64,000 nt of DNA from Patescibacteria group bacterium (GCA_034660175.1 JAYEIQ010000004.1:4152-68151); one strand, 5' to 3'; counted from the first letter of the stretch, positions 38,863 to 49,814 are shown. Notes: a model not told the origin generated them from the letters alone. Program-made: numbers and translations.

Positions 38863-40818
38863 TCAAAAAACATTCTCGGGGTCGATATCTATGCTCCATT
38901 GACTCTTGAGTTTTGCCAATGTTCGCCTTAAGGACTTGGAAACATGTTTATTGGACTTGATCAGGATGTTTTTTTGCCATGTCCTGCGGTTTCTCTGTTT
39001 AATACCCCAAGAAGGAGGATATACTTCCAATACTCCGCTCGGTTTGTTTTTCAAAAATGAATTGTACACTGTTTTAGTATTTTTTTCAACCTTTTGCTTT
39101 GTATCTTCTTTGCAGGTGAGTTTTATCAATTTTTGAAATGGTGGATAGTTGAGTTTCTTTCTATTCTTGAGCTGTTGATGAGCAAACTTGTTCCAGTCCC
39201 ATTTTTTTAAAAAAAGCCAAAATTCACTTTCTGGTCGATATGTTTGAATTAGACAAACTCCACGTTTGTTTCTTGGTGGTCTGCCAACTCGACCAGCTAA
39301 TTGAAAAAAATTGCTCATGTGATGCTCGTCAAATCGGAATTCTGTTTTTCCTGACCAGTTTTCTGCGTTCAAAACGCAAGCAAGCGTTGCATGTTCAATG
39401 TCAAGTCCTTTTGCAATCGCATAGGTCCCAACCAGAAAATCAAGTTTGTTTTCAAGTAAAGAGTTCATGATGAAGCTCCTTTTTCTTTTGTTCTTAAAGG
39501 TGTCTTGGTCTGCTGTTTCGATTTTTGCTTTTGGGAATCTATTTTTTAGGAGATCAGCGACATTTCTAGTTCCAAAACCCACGTTAACTAATCTGAAACT
39601 TCCACATTTTGAACATTGGGCAAAGCTGGAAGATCTAAATTTACAATGAAAACAACGATATTCATCACCATGATTATTGAGTGGCATCGTACAATTTGGA
39701 CACTCCAGAATATTTTTGCAATCACTGCAGACAACAAGTTTACTTTGTCCCCTGTGAGGAACAAGAATGTATGCAATACCGTTTTGTTTAATAGTGCGTG
39801 CCAATTCTTTTTCGAGCTCTTTTGTTATGACGGCGTTTTGTTTTTTCGTGTGGTGAATGCGAAGATTGGAAAAAATAAATTTTGGAGGCAAAACTCTAAT
39901 ATTATTGGTTTTGAGCATCGGGAGCTTGATCCTTTTACAATATGGATTTTTTGACCATTGAATACTTTCAAGCGATGGCGTGCCAGAGACCATTAGCAAT
40001 TTAGCTTTGTGAGATCGAGCAAGGTACTTGGAAACTTCGCGAGCATGATAGTGCGGGCTTTGGTCCCATTGTTTGAAAGAGACGTCTTGTTCTTCGTCAA
40101 CGGCGATTAGTCCAAGATTTTGAAAAGGCAGAAACAGGCCCATTCGTGTTGAGATAATGATCTCCGCAGATCCGTCTTTAACCTGGTTATAAACATGAGA
40201 TGTCTCTGATGGTTTCAGCCCAGAGTGGAAAAGCACAACGTTGTTCTTTTCAAAACGGCTGGTATAACGAGCGATTTCTTGGTGCGATAGAAAAATTTCA
40301 GGAATCAAAAGTAAAATTTGTCTTTTTTGTCTTAGCACTTCTTTGATAACACCCATGATAACTTCTGTTTTACCACAGGAAGCTGGTCCAAAAAGAAGAA
40401 AGGAGGAGACCTTTTTTGAATTGCAAATAGAATAAATTGCTTGTTTCTGATTTTTGGTTAAAGTTAGTTGAACGTCCTTTTTTTTGTTGGCTAGTTTCTG
40501 TTTGGATTGTTTCTTTGTCAAATTGTGCACAAAAAATCTAAGCACAACGCCAAGAGGTGAGAAATATTCTTTCGATATATTCTTGGCAAGGGAAAGTTGT
40601 TTGACTGTCAAAAGTTGTAACACGACAACTTTCTCAATACTTTTTATTTGAAATCGTGGAGTGAATTGAGTTTTTTTTGATACTATTCCTCGAAGTTTCT
40701 TTCCAGCAAAATCAATTTTGACAAGAGTTCCTGGCGACAACTGTTCGTCGTGCTTGTATGTAAACTCCTGATTTTTTGTTAGAGGGAGTTTCGTCAATGG
40801 GATGATGTTGTAGTACAT
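38863..40818 (-). CDS. priA: primosomal protein N'
   Basis: GPASCGKTE, VDEEQD, four CxxC pairs, QLAGRVGR, YPPF, IDIDP. Confidence 0.92.
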   Translation of the reverse strand: MYYNIIPLTKLPLTKNQEFTYKHDEQLSPGTLVKIDFAGKKLRGIVSKKTQFTPRFQIKSIEKVVVLQLLTVKQLSLAKNISKEYFSPLGVVLRFFVHNLTKKQSKQKLANKKKDVQLTLTKNQKQAIYSICNSKKVSSFLLFGPASCGKTEVIMGVIKEVLRQKRQILLLIPEIFLSHQEIARYTSRFEKNNVVLFHSGLKPSETSHVYNQVKDGSAEIIISTRMGLFLPFQNLGLIAVDEEQDVSFKQWDQSPHYHAREVSKYLARSHKAKLLMVSGTPSLESIQWSKNPYCKRIKLPMLKTNNIRVLPPKFIFSNLRIHHTKKQNAVITKELEKELARTIKQNGIAYILVPHRGQSKLVVCSDCKNILECPNCTMPLNNHGDEYRCFHCKFRSSSFAQCSKCGSFRLVNVGFGTRNVADLLKNRFPKAKIETADQDTFKNKRKRSFIMNSLLENKLDFLVGTYAIAKGLDIEHATLACVLNAENWSGKTEFRFDEHHMSNFFQLAGRVGRPPRNKRGVCLIQTYRPESEFWLFLKKWDWNKFAHQQLKNRKKLNYPPFQKLIKLTCKEDTKQKVEKNTKTVYNSFLKNKPSGVLEVYPPSWGIKQRNRRTWQKNILIKSNKHVSKSLRRTLAKLKSQWSIDIDPENVF

Positions 40819-40832
40819 GAGAAGTTTGTTAT

Positions 40833-41627
40833 CTAGCTAATCTTCCATTCTCCTACGAGATAGCCTACTCCAATGGGTCCTTCATATGAATATTGTTTGA
40901 ATGAGTGTTTGAGGTCGGTCAGCGCGCTAAGCGCGATGATGATTGAACGAAGTCCACACTCACCAGCTTCGTCACAAAAATCTGGATTGAGATTTTTTAT
41001 TTTTTCGAGTTCACTTTTTTTCAGCAGATCAATCAATGCATGGTCAAACTTTATACCGTAGGGAGAAAATCCGGCAGGAGCATCCTCTGTCAATCGGTGT
41101 GAAAGGTCTGCGCTGGCAATGAGAGCAATGTTGTGTTCTTGTTGGTTGAGAATCGAACCAATTGCTTTGCCGAATATCTCATGTGTAGACCAATTCAGTG
41201 ATGTAAAAGTGAGAGGAATGACATTTGGTATTTGCTCAAGTTTCGAGATGAGATAATGTAAGGGAACCAAGGTACCATAATCTAGCATTGTTTCTCTAAT
41301 GATTTCAACTGGTATCTGTTTTTCCTTGAGGAAGCTGAACATTTGTCGTGCAACAGCAATGTCATTTTTGAATTCATAATTATCACTGTCTCCACCATAG
41401 TTTGCAAAACTTCCCTTGAGGCGCTCTTCAAGGTTTACTGTGAATTTGTCATATCTCATTGGTCCATGAGGTGAAATAACAACGATTGTTTCAGGCTTGT
41501 GCTTTTTCAATTCGTTTGCAAGTTCTTCCATTCCATCCACGGTTTTTTTTAGGATGGACATTTGGGATCCCCCAACTTGAGGAACGATGAGCGCTGGGTG
41601 GGGGCATATTGCGGCAAAATTTATCAT
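40833..41627 (-). CDS. LigB/MEMO-family (AmmeMemoRadiSam protein B-like) protein
   Basis: CPHP, VISPHG, DYGTLVPL, IASADLSHRL, GECGLRS, SYEGPIGVGY. Confidence 0.8.
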   Translation of the reverse strand: MINFAAICPHPALIVPQVGGSQMSILKKTVDGMEELANELKKHKPETIVVISPHGPMRYDKFTVNLEERLKGSFANYGGDSDNYEFKNDIAVARQMFSFLKEKQIPVEIIRETMLDYGTLVPLHYLISKLEQIPNVIPLTFTSLNWSTHEIFGKAIGSILNQQEHNIALIASADLSHRLTEDAPAGFSPYGIKFDHALIDLLKKSELEKIKNLNPDFCDEAGECGLRSIIIALSALTDLKHSFKQYSYEGPIGVGYLVGEWKIS

Positions 41628-41789
41628 TACAGAAAGTTATAGTGTTATTTTTTCACTTCTGCATTATAGCGGTATCTTTGGCTAAATTCAAATTATTTAG
41701 GCTTTTTTGTTGCAACATCAAAATGACAAAAGATCAAATCTTGATTTTTGTTCATTTTTGATTTAAGATGACTATGTTTACAAGAGCTC

Positions 41790-41880
41790 TTGACACATTT
41801 TTCGTGTAGTAGTAGTCTAAGAAGGAGCTGTAACACAAGATGTTGTGGTTTACACAGAAATATAGTACAATATAGATAAA
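41790..41880 (+). promoter_or_regulatory. nrdR-nrdD promoter with NrdR box
   Basis: TTGACA-17-TAGTCT (41790-41818); ACACAAGATGTTGTGG (41833-41848) fits the NrdR box; weaker site near 41865. Confidence 0.65.
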
Positions 41881-41987
41881 CTGACTTACGCAAACAATGT
41901 CAGCAGAATAACAAGACGATATGGGGAGTAGATTAGAAATGGTCTTCATATCGTTTTGTTTTTCATTAAAAAACAAAAAAACATTTC

Positions 41988-42437
41988 ATGAAATGTCCAT
42001 ATTGCAATTTTGAAGATACTCGAGTCATTGACTCAAGAGAGATCAATGAGGGAAGAACAATTCGAAGAAGGAGAGAATGTCCAACTTGTAAAGCGAGATT
42101 TTCAACATATGAGCAGGTTGAAATTCTCAATCTTCTCGTGACCAAGAAAAATGGGAGCAAAGAGGAATACAAAAAAGAAAAACTTGAAGAGGCGATTAGG
42201 ATAGCAACAAACAAAAGAATGAGCGAGGAAGATATCACTCAGCTCGTGACTGACATTGAGGCTGAAATTCACGCAAGAGGGAAATGTGCGATCAGCTCGA
42301 GATATATTGGTGATATTGCACTCAAAAGAATAAAAAGCAAGGACGAAGTTTCGTATTTGAGATTTGCTTCAGTTTTCAAATCTTTCGGAAGTGGCAAACG
42401 TTTTGTGAAAGAGTTGAATAGATTGGAAAAGGAATAG
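41988..42437 (+). CDS. nrdR: transcriptional repressor NrdR
   Basis: MKCPYC..TRVIDSR..IRRRRECPTCKARFSTYE, YLRFASV. Confidence 0.96.
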   Translation: MKCPYCNFEDTRVIDSREINEGRTIRRRRECPTCKARFSTYEQVEILNLLVTKKNGSKEEYKKEKLEEAIRIATNKRMSEEDITQLVTDIEAEIHARGKCAISSRYIGDIALKRIKSKDEVSYLRFASVFKSFGSGKRFVKELNRLEKE

Positions 42438-42516
42438 CATGTCGAAGGAAGAGTAATTGAAAAAAATTCAAAAATAACAAAAAATCATTAATTAATTTTC
42501 GGGGGAGAAAACAAAA

Positions 42517-44658
42517 ATGAAAAAAAGGAAAACGAGCGTGAAAAAAAGTGTGAAGAAAACTGTAAGAAAGACAGCAAAGGCACGCAAGGCTGTGCGACCA
42601 AAAAACAAAATCAGAAAAATCGTCAAACGTGATGGTTCGGTTGTGTCATTCAGTCAGCAGAAAATTATTGAGGCTGTTTATAAGGCTTTCAAAGAGACGG
42701 ATGAAGGTGGAGTGAAAGAAGCTCGTTTGGTTACCAAAAAGGTTGTTCAGATGATGAATAAAAACTCTCGTCCGGGATATATTCCACATATTGAGGAAGT
42801 TCAAGATCATGTTGAAAAAGTTTTGATGATTCTTGATTTTGATGAGACAGCTAAGGCTTATATACTTTATCGAGACAAGCGACGCAAATTGCGAGACGCT
42901 GATGCCTCTTTAGAAGAGGCAGTTGACTTGATTGAACAGTACCTCAAAGAAATTGATTGGCAGGTGAAAGAGAATTCTAATATGGCATATTCTTTGCAAG
43001 GTCTCAATAATTATATTTCCTCAATTGTTTCAAGCAAATACTGGATGGACAGGGTTTATGCAAAATCTATCAAGCGAGCTCACGAAGAAGGAGATTTCCA
43101 CATTCATGATCTCGACAAGTTGGCTGCATATTGTTGTGGTTGGGATTTACAAGATCTGCTCACTCGTGGTTTCACTGGTGTCACTGGAAAGATATCTTGC
43201 AAACCACCAAAACACTTTCGCAGTGCATTGGGTCAAATTGTAAACTTTTTCTACACAACACAAGGGGAAACTGCTGGTGCACAGGCGTTCTCCAATTTTG
43301 ACACGCTCATGGCTCCTTTTGTGAGATATGACAAACTGAACTATAAAAATGTTAAACAAGCAATTCAGGAATTTGTTTTCAATCTCAATGTTCCAACTAG
43401 GGTTGGTTTTCAGACTCCTTTCACAAATATTACAATGGACTTGGAGCCTCCAAAGATATATAAAAATCAAAATGTCATCTCTGGTGGCCAGCCTCAAAAA
43501 GAGAAATATGGTGATTTCCAGCACGAAATGGATCTTATTAACATGGCTTTTGCTGAAGTGATGAGCGAAGGTGATGCGAATGGAAGAGTTTTCACTTTTC
43601 CAATTCCAACATATAACATCACCAAAAAATTCGATTGGAACAATAAGAATTTGGATAAAGTTTGGGAGATGACAGCAAAATATGGAATTCCTTATTTTGC
43701 CAATTTCATCAATTCGGACATGGATGCAGATGATGCTCGTTCTATGTGTTGTCGTTTGAGACTTGACAATCGAGAGCTTCATAAGAGAATGGGTGGATTG
43801 TTTGGTGCAGCTCCACTGACTGGGTCAATCGGAGTTGTGACAATTAACTTTCCTCGTATTGGATATTTAGCTAAAAACAAAAAAGATTTTTTCAAAAGAT
43901 TGGACAAGCTTATGGATTTGGCAAAAGAGAGTCTTGAAGTGAAAAGGAAAATAGTAGAAAATTTCACACAAAAAGGATTGTACCCGTACTCAATGTTCTA
44001 TTTGAATTCGATTTATAAGAAACTCGGCAGTTATTGGGGCAATCACTTTTCAACGATCGGTTTGGTGGGAATGAATGAAGCACTGGTGAATTTTAAGGAC
44101 ATTACAACAGCAACAAAGGCTGGTGTGAAGCTCGCAGAAGAAATTTTGGTTCACATGCGTGAGAGAATGGTGAAGTTTCAGGAAGAAACAGGAAATCTCT
44201 ATAATTTAGAGGCAACTCCGGCGGAAGGGACAAGCTATCGACTGGCAATCAAAGATAAGAAACGCTTTCCGAAAATGGTGTTTGCTAACAACGGTGCTGT
44301 TCTGAAAGGAGCTCAGCCATACTACACTAACTCTTCGCAGCTTCCTGTTGGACATACTGATGACATTTTTGAGGCGCTGGATTTGCAGGACAAGCTTCAG
44401 ACTAAATATACTGGTGGGACAGTTTTGCACGGATTCTTGGGTGAGCGGGTTACAGACATTGAAACAACCAAAAAAATGGTCAAGAAAATTGCCAAGAATT
44501 ATAAATTGCCTTATTTCACGCTCACTCCAACATTCAGTGTGTGCCCGGTTCATGGATATATAGCTGGAGAACACAATATTTGTCCGGAGTGTGTGATTGA
44601 CCAAAAAACCAAGGTTTTTTCACAAGTGAAGAGGAAAAATACGCAAGTTACAAATTAA
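42517..44658 (+). CDS. nrdD: class III ribonucleotide reductase large chain with ATP cone, lacking the glycyl-radical tail
   Basis: IVKRDG, HIHDLD, YCCGW, RSMCCRL, EATPAEG, CPVHGY..CPEC; no RxxGY motif. Confidence 0.92.
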   Translation: MKKRKTSVKKSVKKTVRKTAKARKAVRPKNKIRKIVKRDGSVVSFSQQKIIEAVYKAFKETDEGGVKEARLVTKKVVQMMNKNSRPGYIPHIEEVQDHVEKVLMILDFDETAKAYILYRDKRRKLRDADASLEEAVDLIEQYLKEIDWQVKENSNMAYSLQGLNNYISSIVSSKYWMDRVYAKSIKRAHEEGDFHIHDLDKLAAYCCGWDLQDLLTRGFTGVTGKISCKPPKHFRSALGQIVNFFYTTQGETAGAQAFSNFDTLMAPFVRYDKLNYKNVKQAIQEFVFNLNVPTRVGFQTPFTNITMDLEPPKIYKNQNVISGGQPQKEKYGDFQHEMDLINMAFAEVMSEGDANGRVFTFPIPTYNITKKFDWNNKNLDKVWEMTAKYGIPYFANFINSDMDADDARSMCCRLRLDNRELHKRMGGLFGAAPLTGSIGVVTINFPRIGYLAKNKKDFFKRLDKLMDLAKESLEVKRKIVENFTQKGLYPYSMFYLNSIYKKLGSYWGNHFSTIGLVGMNEALVNFKDITTATKAGVKLAEEILVHMRERMVKFQEETGNLYNLEATPAEGTSYRLAIKDKKRFPKMVFANNGAVLKGAQPYYTNSSQLPVGHTDDIFEALDLQDKLQTKYTGGTVLHGFLGERVTDIETTKKMVKKIAKNYKLPYFTLTPTFSVCPVHGYIAGEHNICPECVIDQKTKVFSQVKRKNTQVTN

Positions 44659-44726
44659 CATAATTAAAAAAAATAAAAAATAAAAGTCTTGGTCTCGATG
44701 CGACATCGGAACAAGGCGACAAAAAA

Positions 44727-44990
44727 ATGAAAGAAGAAAAAACAATTGAGGGGGAAGTGGTCTGCCATGACTGCAAGAGTAAATTAGGAGAAGGTGCTAA
44801 ATATGTAACATACAATACTCCTAGCGGAAATTTCTACAAGTGCGAAGCTTGCTATAAGCAGGATAGCAAATTGAAGGATTTTCAAAAGACGGAAGTTTAC
44901 TCACGTATTGTGGGATATATTCGACCAGTTCAGCAATGGAATGTTGGAAAGGTTGAGGAATATGCAGATAGAAAAGAATTTGTGGTATGA
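44727..44990 (+). CDS. stand-alone NrdD glycyl-radical domain with Zn ribbon
   Basis: CHDC...CEAC; EVYSRIVGYIRPVQQWNVGKVEEYADR. Confidence 0.88.
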   Translation: MKEEKTIEGEVVCHDCKSKLGEGAKYVTYNTPSGNFYKCEACYKQDSKLKDFQKTEVYSRIVGYIRPVQQWNVGKVEEYADRKEFVV

Positions 44991-45041
44991 AAAAGCTGTT
45001 GCGCAGGATAATTATTTTGTGGATCAGAAGCATTCCATATA

Positions 45042-45078
45042 GAAACACTGCCTTTTTTGAGGCAGTGTTTTGTTTTTA
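45042..45078 (+). terminator. intrinsic terminator of the nrd operon
   Basis: AAACACTGCC...GGCAGTGTTT plus T-run. Confidence 0.75.
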
Positions 45079-45206
45079 ACAAGGAAGGTTTTGTAAGATA
45101 GACTTCAAGATTATGAAGGGGTTAATTGTGACCATTGTGAAAAACAAGTTTTTTCACTCAACATATTTAAGAGGAACAAGTTTTTCTCTTCGGAAAGGAA
45201 TTAGTC

Positions 45207-45668
45207 GTGGTTAAAACAATGAAGGATAACATTATAGGTTTTCTTGATGAGGATGAGGTTTGTTTTATGGTAATATTTGATCATACTGATAATCTTTCTG
45301 CGTGTGCCACATTCAATTTTTGTTTTCATTTATATTTTTTGAGAAAAGGCAAGGTGAAGTTTGCTCACGGTAAAGAGGATATGAATTTATGTGGTGACAC
45401 TTTAATTACTGATTTCTTTCAAATCCTGCTCAAGATGATTGACACAATCAATGTTTCATTTGAAGAGATTGGTGATGTTTCCATGAAGGTCGATGGTGAT
45501 TTTCCAGATAGTGTGATTATCAATTGTTGGATGAATCATCCAGACTATGTTTGTTTTGAGTTGGTAGAGTGGTACCCATGTCATTTTGGCAAGGATAATG
45601 GCTTGTATATTGAACAGCGAAAACCACAAATTTTCGAGTGCATTATGAAATTGAAATGTTACAATTAA
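45207..45668 (+). CDS. hypothetical protein
   Basis: 153-aa ORF with AAAGGA upstream and a hairpin downstream; no motif recognised. Confidence 0.5.
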   Translation: MVKTMKDNIIGFLDEDEVCFMVIFDHTDNLSACATFNFCFHLYFLRKGKVKFAHGKEDMNLCGDTLITDFFQILLKMIDTINVSFEEIGDVSMKVDGDFPDSVIINCWMNHPDYVCFELVEWYPCHFGKDNGLYIEQRKPQIFECIMKLKCYN

Positions 45669-45812
45669 TATTATCAGTTTTTTTTCTGAAACAAGGAGTG
45701 GTTCGAAACTCAAATCGCTCCTTTTGTTGAATGTGAAGTAGAATCGTGCTATTTTATAGATAACGAGAATGAAAATTTAGTTGATGAAATAAGAAATAAA
45801 CAAGACAGTGCT

Positions 45813-46481
45813 ATGGAAATGAAAACTTTTCTGAAATATTTTTTGATTGTTATTGCTTTGGCAATTGTGTCAATTATAATCACTTTTCTTATGAGAATAC
45901 TCAAAGGAGGTTCTGTTGTTGAGAAGGGTCCAGCGGTGTTAACAGGTTCTTCTAAAGAATTTCCAGAGATAGAGAGAGCTAAAAGAGATGAAGTGTTACT
46001 GGTTGTTCCAAAGGATTCTCAAAAGGATTCAAATGAATTGAAGGAAGACTTTGATGATGACTCAGGTTTTCTCGATCAGCAGGAGAAGGAGAAGCAAGAC
46101 AATGCCTCGGTTGATGAAATTCTCGAAAAAATAAAAAACAACTACGCTTTGGATAACTTAAATAACACGAGTGTTGCTTTTGAGTGGATATCCATTGATG
46201 GTGAATCGAAGAAAAATAACAAGATTTCTGGCAAGGGGTTTACGGCTGATGGCAATCTTCAGCACATAGCCGAGATCGAACAATTTTTGAGAGAACAAGG
46301 TTTTGGATCTAGCAAAGAAAATTCTCGAGACGATGACAGGATAAAAATCAATGGCTTTGGCAAAGAAAATTTGGTTTGTTTAGTGACGGCAGCGACAGTG
46401 CGACAAGATGTCACTTTTGAGTTGCATGAGCAGGAGGCGAAAATGGAGGTTCGTTGTGGGGTGATAAGTGTTGGATTCTGA
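45813..46481 (+). CDS. hypothetical membrane-anchored protein
   Basis: N-terminal TM, acidic linker, two C-terminal Cys. Confidence 0.7.
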   Translation: MEMKTFLKYFLIVIALAIVSIIITFLMRILKGGSVVEKGPAVLTGSSKEFPEIERAKRDEVLLVVPKDSQKDSNELKEDFDDDSGFLDQQEKEKQDNASVDEILEKIKNNYALDNLNNTSVAFEWISIDGESKKNNKISGKGFTADGNLQHIAEIEQFLREQGFGSSKENSRDDDRIKINGFGKENLVCLVTAATVRQDVTFELHEQEAKMEVRCGVISVGF

Positions 46482-46563
46482 TTGGTGTTAATTCTTTACA
46501 TCAACATCATAATCTTCTAAAATAGGAGTGTATCGACAGATGCATAAAAATAAAAAACGAAGA

Positions 46564-47610
46564 ATGGATAAAATAAAAATCATCTTGATGGCTGTTTGCG
46601 TGCTGATTTTTTCAGGTTGTAGTTTTCAAGGAAAAGCTGACGGTGGTTTTTTCAAATCGTTTAACGGTGGAGCAAGCTTTGAGCAAAAAACGAAAATTGG
46701 AGAATCAAGCTCATTTGCAAGTGGTAGTGTTCTTGATCTCGAAATTGATCCTAGCAATTCGGACATTCTCTATGCAGGCACGATATCATATGGAATCATG
46801 AGATCAACGAACGGTGGTGATGATTGGATAAGAGATGTTAGTGGATTCACGAGTGTTGAAGACATCGTGATTAATCCAAAAAATTCAAATGAAATTTATA
46901 TTACAGTGGTTCTTGGTGGAATAGGGAAGATCATGAAAACAAATGATGGTGGAGTTGAATGGGAAGAGGTTTTCACGCAAAGAACAAGTGGCGCTAGAAT
47001 GATGGCCCTTGCAATGGACAAAAACAATTCAGATATACTCTATGCTGGTGACACGTTGGGTGGAATATACAAGACATATAATGCTGGAGCAACATGGCAG
47101 TCTCTGTTGTGGGCAGACAGCTCTATCGAGAAAATAGAAATTGACAATGTGAACACATCAAAAATATATTTTGTCACTTATTCGACAGGAGCACTCAGAA
47201 CTGATGATGCAGGAGGGAACTTTGTTGAAATTGAAACGTCTGGAGTTGTGTATAATGTAGTTGCACATCCAACAAAAGAGGGAGTGGTGTTTGTTAGTGA
47301 CAAGAAAGGTTTGCATCGAAGTGGGGATAGCGGAGGAACACTGAATGAGATCAATACCATTGTTCAACCAGAAAAGTTGGGGTCGATAGGTCTTGCGGTC
47401 AATCCAAAGAATGATAATGAAATATATTTTGCGTCTGGAAGGGCTTTCTATAAGACTACAGATGGAGGACAAACATGGAAATCAGTGCAATTCAATTCAA
47501 CCAAGACAGTGGAAAGTATTGTTGTTAATCCAGAAAATACCGATATAATTTATGTTGGTACGAGCAAACAAGGAAAGTTATCGGGATTTTCCGTATTCCC
47601 GGATCTTTAG
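46564..47610 (+). CDS. BNR/Asp-box beta-propeller lipoprotein-like protein
   Basis: lipobox-like IFSGC; repeated S/T-x-D/N-G-G-x-x-W motifs. Confidence 0.82.
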   Translation: MDKIKIILMAVCVLIFSGCSFQGKADGGFFKSFNGGASFEQKTKIGESSSFASGSVLDLEIDPSNSDILYAGTISYGIMRSTNGGDDWIRDVSGFTSVEDIVINPKNSNEIYITVVLGGIGKIMKTNDGGVEWEEVFTQRTSGARMMALAMDKNNSDILYAGDTLGGIYKTYNAGATWQSLLWADSSIEKIEIDNVNTSKIYFVTYSTGALRTDDAGGNFVEIETSGVVYNVVAHPTKEGVVFVSDKKGLHRSGDSGGTLNEINTIVQPEKLGSIGLAVNPKNDNEIYFASGRAFYKTTDGGQTWKSVQFNSTKTVESIVVNPENTDIIYVGTSKQGKLSGFSVFPDL

Positions 47611-47654
47611 GAAAGGATTAGTGCTGTTTTATTAATAATTCTTCAAAAATATTT

Positions 47655-48212
47655 ATGAAAAATGAAGATATGCAGATCATTAGACTTGAATTGGAGGGCG
47701 CGGTGGAGTTTTTTCAAGAAGAATTAATAAACATTCGAACGGGAAGGGCTAATCCGTTATTGGTGGAGGATTTGGAAATGGAGTATTATGGATCGAAGAC
47801 GCCATTGAAACAGGTAGCTTCTATTTCTGTACAAGACGCAAGGACAATTGTGATTACTCCATGGAGCAAAGATTCTTTGGTGGACATTGAAAAGGCAGTT
47901 AGTGAATCTGATTTGAATTTAAATCCTGTCAATGATGGAAATGTGATTCGATTGGTATTTCCACAACTGACAGAAGAGCGAAGAATGGAACTGGTCAAAG
48001 TGATGAAGAAGAAAACGGAGGAGGCAAGAATAAAAGTGAGAAAAGTGAGAGAGGATGCTTGGGATGGGATTCAGAAGAAAGAGAAAGATGGAAAAATTTC
48101 CGAAGATGATAAATTTCGTCAAAAAGACTCTTTGCAGGGAATCATTGATGAATTCAACAAGAAAATTGAGCAATTAAGCGATAAAAAAGAAGAAGAAGTC
48201 ATGCAAGTCTAA
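47655..48212 (+). CDS. frr: ribosome recycling factor
   Basis: IRTGRANP, YYGSKTPL, PQLTEERR, ISEDD. Confidence 0.96.
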   Translation: MKNEDMQIIRLELEGAVEFFQEELINIRTGRANPLLVEDLEMEYYGSKTPLKQVASISVQDARTIVITPWSKDSLVDIEKAVSESDLNLNPVNDGNVIRLVFPQLTEERRMELVKVMKKKTEEARIKVRKVREDAWDGIQKKEKDGKISEDDKFRQKDSLQGIIDEFNKKIEQLSDKKEEEVMQV

Positions 48213-48435
48213 ACTTTCTTAAACACATTAAACATATAAGTCTTCTGACATTGTTGATGGTTTTTCAATGGTTTTACCGATTGCAGTGGTCATTTTTTTC
48301 TTTATCTCGTCGGTTAATTTAGAAAAGAGTGTTTATCTTTCTACGAAGCCTTGTTGCTAAGTTGAATGTTTGTAGTTTATAAGATAGTCTAATTAATATA
48401 TTTTTAAATAATAGTTATTGATAATTAAATAAAAA

Positions 48436-49611
48436 ATGTTATTAACGATAGTTGTGTTTTTGTTGATCTTGGGAACTTTGGTTTTGGTTCATGAACTGGG
48501 CCATTTTTTGGTTGCAAAGAGAAATGGTGTGCCATCAGAAGAATTTGGTTTTGGTTTCCCTCCTCGTCTTGTCGGGACATATCGTGATGCTAATGGAAAG
48601 AGAAAATGGATTTTTGGGAACAAGGAAATTGAGGAGGAAATAAAAAAAAGAGAAGAAACCGTATATTCAATAAATCTGATTCCTTTGGGCGGTTTTGTCA
48701 AGATCAAAGGAGAGGACGGTGGTAATAAGAGTGACCCAAAAAGTTTTGCTGTTCAAAGTATCTGGACACGATTCAAAATTCTTGTTGCTGGTGTGACAAT
48801 GAATGCAATTTTGGCAGTGTTTCTGTTTGGATTTGCTTTTTGGATTGGATTGCCAGAAGCTCTTGAAGATGGAGATGTCGTTGCTAAAAGCAAGGTCCAG
48901 ATTTCTGCGGTGAAAGCTGATGGTCCAGCAAAAGAAGCTGGATTGCAGCTTGGAGATGAGATTGTTTCAATTGTTACAAGTGACGGCAGTTTTGAGATAG
49001 ACAGCATTGTTTCATTGCAAGAGATTGTTAGTATTAACTCCAATCAAGAGATTACCATAAACGTTGTTCATCCAGGGGAAGAAGCGTCAGTTGCCATGAA
49101 TGTGATTCCAAAAGAGGATGAAGAAAGCGGCAGAGGCTTGGTTGGAATCGAAATTGTCAGAACAGCTCTTGTGCGACACGGTTTTTTTGAATCTTTTTGG
49201 CTTGGATTGAAAACAACAGTTTCAATGATCGGTGCGATTGTGATGTTTCTCGGGGGTTTGATAGTTAAGCTTTTTACATCTGATCCTGTTCAAACAGAGG
49301 TGGCAGGTCCAATAGGAATTGCCGTTCTTACGGGTCAGATGACTAAAATGGGGTTTGCTTTTATTTTGCAGTTTACAGCGATTCTTTCTGTGAACTTAGC
49401 AGTGATAAATCTTCTTCCTTTGCCAGCACTTGATGGTGGGAGAATTTTGTTCTTGATAGTTGAAAAAATCAAAGGTTCTCCTATAAGTCAAAAAGTTGAG
49501 GGCTTGATGCATACTGTCGGTTTTGTTTTGCTCATGGTCTTGATGGTTTTTGTTACCGCTCGAGATTTTGTGAATTTTGAAATTGTAGATAAAATAAAGG
49601 GGCTTTTTTGA
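48436..49611 (+). CDS. rseP: RIP metalloprotease RseP (M50, PDZ)
   Basis: HELGH, PLGGFVKI, NLLPLPALDGG. Confidence 0.94.
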   Translation: MLLTIVVFLLILGTLVLVHELGHFLVAKRNGVPSEEFGFGFPPRLVGTYRDANGKRKWIFGNKEIEEEIKKREETVYSINLIPLGGFVKIKGEDGGNKSDPKSFAVQSIWTRFKILVAGVTMNAILAVFLFGFAFWIGLPEALEDGDVVAKSKVQISAVKADGPAKEAGLQLGDEIVSIVTSDGSFEIDSIVSLQEIVSINSNQEITINVVHPGEEASVAMNVIPKEDEESGRGLVGIEIVRTALVRHGFFESFWLGLKTTVSMIGAIVMFLGGLIVKLFTSDPVQTEVAGPIGIAVLTGQMTKMGFAFILQFTAILSVNLAVINLLPLPALDGGRILFLIVEKIKGSPISQKVEGLMHTVGFVLLMVLMVFVTARDFVNFEIVDKIKGLF

Positions 49612-49632
49612 TAGTTTTGATGAGAATAACCA

Positions 49633-49662
49633 AAGATCTCGCTCTACAGGCGAGATCTTTTG
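49633..49662 (+). terminator. intrinsic terminator
   Basis: AAAGATCTCGC...GCGAGATCTTTT. Confidence 0.7.
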
Positions 49663-49814
49663 ATAGCGTTGCAAACAATTAAATTTGCGCACGTTTTATT
49701 TTGACAAAAGGTTTTGTCTGGAATTGTTGTGTGATATAATAAGTCTAGATAAGTTACAAATAAAAAAATAACAAATCCTAGTTTAGACAGGTTGTCTTAA
49801 CAGGACAAAGAAAC

